Positions 37,901 to 48,677 of a stretch of DNA of 59,037 nt are shown here, in pieces (position 1 is the first letter of the stretch; each line of letters opens with the position of its first letter). The DNA comes from Neoconidiobolus thromboides FSU 785. Lineage: Eukaryota > Fungi > Entomophthoromycota. Location of the stretch: the NCBI GenBank assembly GCA_025603075.1, contig MU626387.1, positions 1 through 59,037 on the forward strand, written 5' to 3'. A program made the translations under genes and the position numbers. Under the pieces are notes generated by a model. That model had not been told where the DNA came from. It saw only the letters and a list, made by a program, of their open reading frames with translations, and made no database searches.

Positions 37901-38882
37901 TTTCTTTAGCTTCATGTTTTTCTACTTGAATTACAAATTCCAATAACTCCTCTACTCTTTGCCAGTCTATCTTACTAAATAAAGTTTAAATTATATATCA
38001 GATCTTCAGTAAAGTTTTACCTAATCTCTTCAGTTTCATTTTTCCTATCCACACACATTTGACCCAATTCACGTACTTTATTATAATCATTTTTAAGAAA
38101 AGCAAATTCAATTAAATCATAAACAATAGAAAACCATGTATCTGATGGCATATTTTGTTTAGAAGTGCCATAATTGACAATAAGTTGATCATAAAAATAG
38201 TCAAAAAATTTGGTAGCGTCACCCAACATATTTAACAACTTAAATTTATTTTTATAAACACATCTTAAAACCCATTGTTGATATAAATAGATGGGTTTTA
38301 AATAATCCGGTTTGTTTTGAAATAATAATTCTTTCGATTGATTATTCGCAGAATCAATATTATCAAGATCATTGCTAGTAATCATTAGTTTGACTTTAAA
38401 TTCTATAATATAATAATTACTATGATAAAGATAAACTAGCAATTAATACCGCTCTTTGCATTTCCAAAGATATTTTTCCAATTTCTTTTAAACTCAAATT
38501 GGCACAATCAATTAACTTTAATTATTAGATTTATACATTTATACAAACTAGCTAAATACCATCGCCCCAAACTTTAACAGTAATTTTTGACGTGCGGTAA
38601 CTGCATAAACAGAAGCAAATGCAGGTAATCCAGTATTATAAAAATGAATACTTTCAACTGGTTTTAATATTAAAGTAGTAAGCACTCTTTCGTTCAGAAA
38701 TGAAGGCAGCCATTTATTTGCAAATATCCTTTTAGCTTCTATGGTTTCTAATTTACTAATCTTATTAAAGTTTAGAAATTCGTGTAATTATTTGATAAGC
38801 CTACTTCTTGGGATAGTAAATTGGGTTGAATTAAATAATCAAAAAAATTGCTCGTATTCTCTTTGGTCGTAATCTCTTTCAT
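34954..38882 (-). CDS. INTS8: Integrator complex subunit 8-like protein, multi-exon
   Basis: N-terminal FFDYLIQPNLL, KLLLKFGAM..LSLKEIGK, LYQQWVLRCV, VYDL; C-terminal ANFVQFF..VDY..QYIRDLPLLEYL..NFLMAMMKRF. All parallel recalled INTS8 segments in order. Stop at 34954-34956. Confidence 0.8.
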
Positions 38883-40260
38883 CTTAATGTTGGGATAGAA
38901 ACAAAAAAGTATTGTTAACTTTTATGTATTTTTAATAAGTAAAAGGTAATCCAACTCTCATTGGCTTATTATGCTCCTAAAAATAATAGATGAATTCTAC
39001 TTGGATTTTTATTAAAATTAATGGTACTATTTAATAAGTACCATTCAAACGCTTTAAGCCAAAGGGGCCAGTTTGTTTATAATTACCATTAAAAATTTAG
39101 TAAGTAATTTTTTTTAAAACATTATCTATAATATCTGTTAAAATAGTAATTATAAATTATTTGTTATATAAAATACAGTGGTAGATGTTATTGCAACTTG
39201 AAAATGGAGGAGTTTATTTTTGAAAACTAGCCCATTTGGAGCAGTTTTTGAGGACGTTATTTTAATAATAAATATATAAATTATTACACAAAAATTATCT
39301 AGTATTGTTTTTTATAAACTTTTGTTATCAAAATAATTAATACTATACTATTTAATATAGCTTGTCTTTTTTTAAGATTTCAAACTAAGTAATTCATTAT
39401 AACTCAAAACGACTCAAAAATAGTACATATAAGCTCATTTTAAAAGCAGTCAGGTTTTCAACATAATTTGAAATTATAATAGTAAACGTAGTGTGAAGCT
39501 TAATCTCTTTAATAAGCTTTACTCTATATTGTCTGATATACTATCTATTGAGTAACAATAAAGCTATTTACTTTTTCTAAATATTGAAACCAAAAAACAA
39601 ATATATTTTTGATGGATTATAGAGCATTTATAGATGATGTTAGTTTTTTAGCTTTAAAAAAAGTCCTAGAAATAGGATTAAATTCATTACAATTCTCAAT
39701 GGATGATTTATCAAACAACATAAAACAAAGCTTCTTAAAGATGCCAAGCTCTATTCAACACTTGATATTACGACATTGGAGATGTAGACAGCCTAATAAC
39801 TTCAGTGAGATCTGTGGGCTTTTACAAAAAAGCGTATAATACTTTTAAAACAGCAAAGTTTTGACATATCATAATGTACTCATATAAAGGTAAATCAAAT
39901 TTTGAAATTTTAATACCTTTATTTGATACTACTTACTGTATTATTTATTGGGCTACAACAAATTTAGCTACTTTTTGAAGTGTTAAAAAGGATTTAGTTT
40001 TGGTATAGTATAAAACATTTTAACAGAAAAAATTGCTAAAACATTACTAAAGTAATTTATATCTATTGATATATATGTTTGTTAAAGTCATATTCACATT
40101 ATGTAATTTCAGATATTATAGTAATCTTCATATTAACCTTTTGGCCAAATCAACATGAATGAGCTGGGTCCAAATAGTACTCTTAAAAAATTCTGTCAAA
40201 TTTTGAAATTTAAATAAAAACAATTATTTTATATAACAATATTTAATTATTAGATCAACA

Positions 40261-40333
40261 GCTCCCTTGGCCCAATGGATAAGGCATCAGACTTCTAATC
40301 TGAGGATTGCGGGTTCGAGTCCCGCAGGGAGTT
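40261..40333 (+). tRNA. tRNA-Arg (anticodon TCT), intronless
   Basis: Acceptor stem GCTCCCT/AGGGAGT, D-arm, anticodon stem TCAGA-CTTCTAA-TCTGA, T-arm GCGGG-TTCGAGT-CCCGC. Confidence 0.97.
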
Positions 40334-40633
40334 TCGTGTGAAGACTTCTACTCATTTTGAGTAGGTAGTCTTTTATAAAACAACATCTGAAATTTTTGTT
40401 ATTTGATTAACCACAAGTTGATTTAATGCCTAAATTGAAACTTTAATTTTTATATTATAAAAATATCGATATCTCATAATTTTTATTAACAATTTTTTGT
40501 TTTTTAATTTCTTAACTTACAATTATTTGGCTCATAGCCCCAAGCCTACTTGAATTAAACCAATCAAACTAATATTAAAATTTTTGAACTAAAATTCTAA
40601 ATCAAATAATTTATTTTAACTTTTAAAAACAAA

Positions 40634-41824
40634 ATGAAAGAAACTAAAGTTAAAAACGAGCAAATAGAGCCAAAAGTTCAATCAGAACAAGAGGAGGCTG
40701 CCGTCGAATCCATCAAAGAAAGAAAATCCAAAAAAGCCAAAAAAGAGAAAAAAGAGAAAAAAGAGAAAAAAGAGAAAAAAGAAAAAGTGAAGAGTAAAAA
40801 AGATGATGATGATGATGATGCCTTTAACATCCTTGACATCGTAACTGGTTTCGAGCCAGTCAAAAAAGCCAACGCTGCAGTAGAAGATGACGGAATCAAA
40901 GTAATTGAGCCAAAAACTAATAAAAAGAAATTGACGGTGGATGATATTACTGAAATGGATAAGAAAAAAGAAGAAAAAGAAAAGCAAAAAGAGAAGATGG
41001 GAGATAGGAGTAAATTCTCTGTTTGGGTTGGTAATTTAAGGTTTACTACTACTGAACAAGAATTAAGAAGATTCTTTGCTGATTGTGGTAAAGTTACTAG
41101 AGTTAATCTTCCAGCTACATTCAGTAGGAATAAAGGGTAAGCTGTTTTTTGTATATACTTGTAAATCTTTTGATGTTTTTTAACTAGATTCGCTTATGTT
41201 GATTTTGAAACAGAAGAAAGTCAAAAGAAAGCAATTGAAAAATCAGAACAAGAACTTATTGGAAGAAATGTATTAATTAAAGATGCCAAGAATTTTGTTA
41301 AAAATGGCAAAAAAGCACCCGCCTTAAAAGCCGTAGAAGCTGAAAAAGAAGGTGAAGTATTACCAACTATATTTGTTGGTAATTTAAGTTTTGAAACTAC
41401 TAAAGAGCATATTCAAGAAGTATTTGAAAAATATGGTGAAATCAAAAAAGTGAGAATTTCTACATTTGAAGATACAGGGCGTTGTAAGGGGTAAGTTAAT
41501 TTCAATTTGGTATTTTTGTTTTTATATTTAATTCAAATCCTCTTTAGTTACGCCTGGGTGGATTTTAAAGAGCAAAACTCCGCTACACAAGCTTTAAGAG
41601 CATTTCAAAAAAGAAAATTAAATGGACGATCCTTAAAAGTTATGTATGCTTCTGCTGAGGCTACTGAAAGAGGTAACAATTTACCAGTTGGTCATCCTTT
41701 AAGAGGTTCAAAAAGACCTAGAAAATCCAATCAAAATCAAAATCAAAATCAAGAAGAACCAAAACAATCTATCCCAGTTGAAGTTTCAGAAAATAATCCA
41801 AATAGAACTGTATTTGAAGAATAA
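40634..41824 (+). CDS. NOP13: Nucleolar two-RRM protein, Nop13-like, 3 exons
   Basis: K/E-rich N-terminus with KKE repeats; RRM1 VWVGNL..NKGFAYVDF; RRM2 IFVGNLSF..TFEDTGRCKGYAWVDF. Confidence 0.75.
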
Positions 41825-41947
41825 TTAGTATTCCTAATAACTAGATAAAAATAATATATAGAGTTTTTATTTAATTTTAATACTTTTTTATTTTATGTTT
41901 TGTATTCATATTTTTTATAAATATATTAAAACAAACTCAAGTAATTA

Positions 41948-43358
41948 TTATCTCACATTTTTCAAAAGCTTCATAAAATGAGATGGTGGGGGGACAAACA
42001 ATTTTAAGCCATTATTTGGTAAGCTATTAACATACTCTTCAATTACATCACCATACATCTGATTATTGAAAATAATTTGATAATTTTTAAAATCCTCATC
42101 ATTAATTAATTCTTTATTCTATAAAATGAAGTTATTGTTTATTAATAAAATAAAAGTTATTTACTTACCATTAGATCCATACCTAAACAATGTAACATCA
42201 ATGGACCATTAATTGTATTATTACTATATTTTTTGTCGCCTAATATTGGTGTATTTAAACTATGAGCTAAATGTAATCTTAATTGATGTTTTCTACCAGT
42301 TAATAATTTTAATGCTAATAGACTGTATTTTTCATTTGTTTGTAATACTTTATATTCTGTGATACTTTCTTTTTTTTCTATTTTCAAATTACTATTATTA
42401 TTTTTTTGAATACTTACTGTCCCATCGCTATTATAATAAATAGGATCTGTTATAAGCCCTGATATTGATTTCGGTTGGTGATGTGTAATAGCTAGATAAT
42501 ACTTGATTAATTTACTATCAGCTGTTTTTACTAAGCTTTTATTTCCATGAAATAAATCACTTAATATTACTGAAGATTTATGTGTTTTTGCTAATATTAG
42601 GGCCCCTGTAACTTCCTATTGATGTAAAGATGCTACTTTTTTATATTAAAAATATAAACTTACTTTATCCAGTCGGTGAACTATCCTTGGCTTATCAATA
42701 GAATTACCTTTTATCTCTTTAATTTTGATTAGCTTTGTAATGATATTTAAGTGTCTCATTTACTTTCAAAGTAATTTCCAATATGGTCCATTAGTTTACT
42801 TCCACCTAAAATAGATTGGTTAAATTTTAAATTGATTTATTCAAATTTACCTTGCACTGGTAAACCCTTGGGTTTATTTATTAATATCAAATGTTTGTTC
42901 TGAAATACAATATCAAAGGGCAAAGGCGCGTCATCCTCATCTTTCCTCCGATCCATTTTCTTCTCCTCATTCACTATAAAATCCAATAAATTCCTTTCTT
43001 TAATAACCAGCTCATCTCCCGGTTGAATCTTGTAACTACCCTCCTTTTGTTTTTTACCATTGATAGCTACTTTTTTTAATCGAAGTAACTTTTGAGTTAA
43101 TGAAAATTCTAAATTTAATCTATTCCGAAGGTATGTATCCACTCTAGAAGTTCCCCAGCTTTCTTCAATTATAAAAATTGGCCATTGGGGATTTGATTTT
43201 TTAGTTGTTTTTAGTGTAATATCAATCGATGAAGTGACCACGGTTGTATAGTAAACTAGATTTCATATTTGTTAATCTGTTATATAGTCTATGCTTATTT
43301 TACCTATCCTTTTATTTAATGTGGTTGACTTGAATCCATTCTTAATTAAATAAAACAT
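41948..43358 (-). CDS. RluA-family pseudouridine synthase with S4-like domain, probably mitochondrial, multi-exon
   Basis: INKPKGL, IVHRLDK catalytic Asp motif, LLTGRKHQLRLH, PILGDKKY, LMLHC; basic/Ser-Thr N-terminal leader from ATG 43358. Confidence 0.9.
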
Positions 43359-44859
43359 TAAAACTTCAATCTCTAACACTGCTGATTAGATAGTCATTTG
43401 GCTCAAATTAAAAGTTACAATTCAAAAATCCCTTTTATTCGAAAATTGAATTGAATCTTGGGTATATTTAATATATAGAATGCTACCTCCATTAAGACTG
43501 AGATTGAGGATATAAGCATTTGGCTTTATTTGAATATGAAAAACAGGTTTCTTGATATTTCTTTGTTTAAATAAAAAGTTCAAAAAGATTTAAAATAAAC
43601 CATATTCCTCTCTAATCTAATTGATAATATGATAAATACCATTGTTTAATCAGATATTTGTACTCTAGTTTTCTACAGGATATATATTTATACTTCCTTC
43701 TGATAAAACAATCAGATCGATTCTGATTTCATTTTTTTTAATGACAAATATAGTTGTCTATGTACTAAATATAGTCGTATCACAATGGACATCAATGAGA
43801 CAATCTATAAAAGATTGCTTAATTTTTTATGGTTTAATCCGCTTTCCATTCTTTTGAAATAACACTTCATCACTTAAAGCGAATCTATAAATCAAACAAG
43901 TAGGTTTTTATACTCAATACTAGAATCAACATTGAGAGTGAACCCAATATACTCATCTTTAAGGTAAATTCAATATTGTTAATAAGCATATTGATAAGTT
44001 CTATAGCATCTCCTATTTCCTGATTACCAAAAGATAACATCTAAAAGTTTAATAAGCTTGTTAAACATTACTTTTAGCATCATTAACTAGAGTGGGTTTT
44101 TTATCTATTTATACTTATCTTTATTAGCTATAAAATTTTTAGGATTTTTATTTTCATTTCGTTTCGCTCTCTTTAAATTTATATTATAAATCTATTATCC
44201 CACTATCTCCTAGCTAAGAAACTATTATTAAAAATACCAAAGGTTATCTTTTGCTTGTAAATTTTCACCTGTTTAAATTCAGTAATAATTACTTGTTTTA
44301 ATCAAATAGATCTTAAAATTAATTACGTTCGTTTGTTACTTTATTTAAATAAAGCGTTCAATACTTATTTTTTATTACTCACTGCTTCTATTATGTTGGT
44401 TACTGCTTTACTTCTACTAATTTCAAATAATAAATTGTAAGCTTCAGGTAACAAAATGTTGTTAATTTTTGTTTACTCAGTCTTATATTTGTAGATTCAT
44501 CAGTTTCTTTCATTGTTTGTTGATAAGTTTATGTCAAAAGATAAACCAATGACTTTGTAATTTCTATAGTACAAAACATCAATAAACTTGGTTAAATATT
44601 AAATATTAAAACCATCGTATTTGTAAAGTCCTTGCTTTTAAATGAATTTATCAATATGAATAAAGCAGGATAAAGCAATCATCTAGAACAGGCAGTACAA
44701 TAATATAAAACTGAACCCTTTAATTTCTATAATTTATCATATAAAGCAAGTAACTCTTTAAATTGTACTGATTAATGAGTTGTTGAATCTATCTCAAAAG
44801 CACAATTTACTTTATAGGAAGTAGCCTCTACTTCATTTTGTATATTTAAAGCTATATTT

Positions 44860-44954
44860 GGGGATGTTTTTTTTAGTTTCATTATTTTTCCATTTTTTAA
44901 GCACTGTTTGAGTGGAAAGATTGGTAAAATTCTTAAACAAAAAAATACATCCCC
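44860..44954 (-). mobile_element. MITE family copy 13
   Basis: Intact GGGGATGT/ACATCCCC TIRs; exact TSD ATTT. Confidence 0.92.
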
Positions 44955-45365
44955 ATTTGATGAGTTAATCAAATAAGACTAAATAAAGCTACAATATCAA
45001 CCTTAGCTACCTAGCTGCTACTGACAGATATTGGAAGCCATTCGATTTGTTCACGTAGGAAAAGGTTACTGAAATCCAAGAAGACAAATAAGCTATATTT
45101 TATAAAGACAAGTGAATTTTGGAGCAAAGGATATCCAGAGAGAAAATAGAGAGTTGAGACCAGGCTAAAGTACGGAGTGAAAAGAATGGGAGTACAACTA
45201 GTAAAACTCTTAACAGAAGGCAGAGACTTGCCGGAAACTCCAGACATTGTAAGAGTTGGTTCAGGTAATTTAATTACATCGAATAAACTACTTTTCAAGA
45301 ATTATATAGTCTCAATTAAATAATTAATGTTTACTCTATTTTATTAAATTATAGAATGACCAAGT

Positions 45366-45464
45366 GGGGGTGTTTTTTTTAGCTTCACTACTTTTTCCAT
45401 GTTTTAAGCGCTATTTGAGTGGAAAAATTGTTAGTAAAATTCTTAAACAAAAAAGCACATCCCC
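45366..45464 (-). mobile_element. MITE family copy 14
   Basis: GGGGGTGT..ACATCCCC; flanks AAGT/AAAT. Confidence 0.9.
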
Positions 45465-45864
45465 AAATGGAGCTTTAACATAGCTCAAAGTTCTTAAATT
45501 GTAAAACAGAGTTGTAGGCACAAGATAAAAATTGAGTAAGATAAAAAAGGGAGTTTTTAAGGATTAGTTTCAGTAGATAAACTATAAAGAGTATGCTTGA
45601 GATATATTTTGTAGTTTAAGGACCTTAAATCTTATTATAGGTATATTTGAATAGCTGTTCTTTATAAAATCCTAATAAAAGTATATTAAACTTTAAATAT
45701 AATAAATTAAGTAACTCGTTATTTTAACTTCATAATTGGATAAATTTAATAATGGATATACATAATATGTAAAATGACTAAAATTAAATTAATGTGAATT
45801 TGTAAAATTATTTAGATATAAATTTAACATTTATAGTCTTATTTTATTAAAATTGATAGAATAT

Positions 45865-45962
45865 GAGAGTGTTTTTTTAACTTCATTACCTTTTCCATTT
45901 TTTAAGCACTATTTAAGCGGGAAATTTGTTAGTAAAATTCTTAAACATAAAAACACATCCCC
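45865..45962 (-). mobile_element. MITE family copy 15 (ACACT-end subfamily)
   Basis: GAGAGTGT..ACATCCCC; flanks ATAT/AAAT. Confidence 0.88.
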
Positions 45963-46191
45963 AAATAAAGTTTAAAAAAGGGATAATAAAAATACATAAC
46001 TTTATAAATTTATTATTCACTATTGTTATAATATAATTTTCATTAATCAAATTTATTTTTGTTTTTTAAAAAAAGGGTATAAAGCAATAAACAATTCAAT
46101 TAATATTTTCAAATCTTTATTATAATTATAAAAACTCTATAAAAATAGAATTAAGTTTATATAAAACTTAATTACTCTATTCCCCAACACT

Positions 46192-48445
46192 TCAATTTAA
46201 TTTTTGAATAATTAAATCAGCGCCATGGTTACCTGTATTTTGGATCTCAACAATTTCTTTTTTATGTGATTTTAATATCGCTTTCACTTGTTTTTCAGTA
46301 TCTGGGGATTCCAAAAGTGATAATATAATAAAACTCCCTCTATTCTTACAAAATTGGACTAATTTTTCTTTACTCAAAGCTTCAAAAAAAGGTTTAGCAT
46401 ATGGATGAGCTTTACTTTCTTCATCTTCAAATTTAATTAATTTTTTAATAACTCGACTTGAATTGATATGCTCTAATAAAGTAGTTCCATCCACCTGATA
46501 ATCATCTTTAATTAATTGACATATCTTTTGTATTAATTTAGATTTATCTCCTTGTCCATGAATAATAGTATCTTCTAATATTTGACTTGGTTTAGGTTGA
46601 ATTAATATATCGCCAACATGAATTTCAAAATATTCAATTAATCCTTTTGATACAGCTACATTCAATTCATTAGCACGTGCACTTGATTCTTTTTTGGAAA
46701 ATTGAGTTCTTATTTCATCATGAGAAGCCAATAAATCAACGGACGGTTTTGATATATATCTAAATGATCTACCAACTAAGAGATAAGCAATTGCACGTCT
46801 ACCAAATTTGTCTTCCAATAGATTGTTAGCATTCTTGATTAATTCAACTATGATATTTTTATCTACTAATACAGTATCGTCTACTACATCAAATAATTGT
46901 AATAATACTAAATGCCCATATTCTTCTTTAGCTATCTTTTCAACAAAAGGTTTAAATGATTTCACTATTACTTTACGATCTTTAACGTTTCCATAAAGTA
47001 AACATTTCATGGCTACTTTAGAGCCATCTTTAGTGTGAAGTATTTCGACTACATGTTCTTTAAGTAAACCAATCATTTCCTATTTGTTTTACATTAACAT
47101 TTTCAATATTTTATATAATTATTTTTATTTACCTGAATTTGAGCTGGATTAGCATTATCAAGATACTCAATAAGAGCATGATGAATAATAGAATGATTGA
47201 TAATTCCTTTATTTAAAATTTTAACTAAAGAGTCATATAATGATTGTAATATAGATTCTCTTTTAGCTTCATTGGATTTTAATAATGATTCAAGGGTAGT
47301 ATATTGACTTGCATTATTCTACAGTAATATTAAAATTAAATCAAATTATTAATAGTAAGTATAAATTCTGAATTTACTTTAAAAACAACAAATTCAGGGC
47401 CAAAGAATTCTTGTAATAAATTTGTTTTTTGTTCTGGATTAGCATAAATTGCATATGCTTCTTCAATTACACTTGAACCATCCTAATTAATTTAATATTG
47501 AACATTAAAAAATCATTACAAAATCTATGATAAACTTACTTTTTGAGTTATAAGTCTTTGAACATTACCATAAAATTCGGAGATGATAGAACCTCTTTGT
47601 TCTTTACTAAAAAAATATCATTAAAAACAAAAACTTTAAATTAAGCTTGATTAAACTTACCAATATTTTAAAATTTTCAATACAATAAAATGTCCATATT
47701 TAGCTTTAGCTAATTCCAAATAATGACCTTTCAACTCTTCGGCAATAATAGCTCTATGTTGTTGACTACCATATTTTAAACAAGTTTGAACAATTCTAGA
47801 AGCATCATGTTTTAAAGATAACTAAAAATCGATTTACCATCAATATCTTCATTCAATCGAAAAAAGAACAACCAAATACTTACCTCGACTACCTTTCCTT
47901 TTAACAAGTCAATCATGTCTGTTACATGACATTCTAAGCTTTTTCTTGGTACTTTACTATTTCTCATCTTTTCCCATATCTTTTTACAGTGGGATAAAAG
48001 TTCAGCATGTGGTTTGTTAGCTTTACGTTCTAAACGCAAGGCTTTGGTAGCTTGATGAGATTCTTTGGAACCTATTATTTAAAAAATTATCATTATTAGT
48101 TCTTCATTCTATCTAATTTATAGCTGCTAACAACTTACTTTGTTTATTTTGATTTTTAAACTCTTCATTGATACCTTCTTCATGATTACCTTCTAAGTTT
48201 GAATCAAAGTTTTCGCCTACTTCTTCTTCATAATTTTCTTCATCAAAGTTTTCAAAATCTTCTACACTAGAAGCACCTTCTTCTTCTTCAGTTTGAGTGA
48301 CTGGTTTAGATAACTTTTTAGGTGGTGAATCAGCAACGGAATTATTTTTACGTTTACTGTCTATAAGAGAAGGTTAGATATTGTTATTAAGAATCATGGG
48401 TTTAAATGAAATCTTACTACTTTTTATATTCAATTTATTTGCCAT
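46192..48445 (-). CDS. PUF6: Puf6/PUM3-type nucleolar Pumilio protein, multi-exon
   Basis: QKALRLERKANKPH..KKIWEKMR, HDASRIVQTCLKYG, EILHTKDGSKVAM, GHLVLLQLFDVVDDTVL, DKFGRRAIAYLL. Confidence 0.92.
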
Positions 48446-48677
48446 TTTTTAACCTTTTTAATAATTTTTAAATCTTTTAAAAAGCAATCCTTTTCCTTTT
48501 ATTTCGAAATTTTTTTATTAAAAAATCAAACCAATAAAACTTAAAATTGGTCCCAAAGTTCAATGAATGGGGAATAGTTTTGAAACTTTTAAAATTACAA
48601 AATAATAAAACAAAGAAATTCATTATAAAAATTAGAATAATTCGACTTTATAGTAAAAAATAAAAATAAAATAAAAT

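Noticed and set aside
39609-39839. 76-aa ORF as a functional gene or F-box protein
   Set aside because: No recognisable motif and flanked by stop-ridden sequence; at best a pseudogene fragment.
802-45962. Dispersed repeat as CRISPR array or Tc1/mariner (TA TSD) element
   Set aside because: Copies are dispersed with TIRs and have no spacers. A TA TSD fits only the ATAT-flanked copies; ATTT, AATT and AAAC flanks and the empty site require 4 bp.
4132-48445. Two Pumilio-domain genes as a local duplication
   Set aside because: They belong to the anciently separate Puf3/PUM and Puf6/PUM3 subfamilies and lie about 40 kb apart; coincidental.
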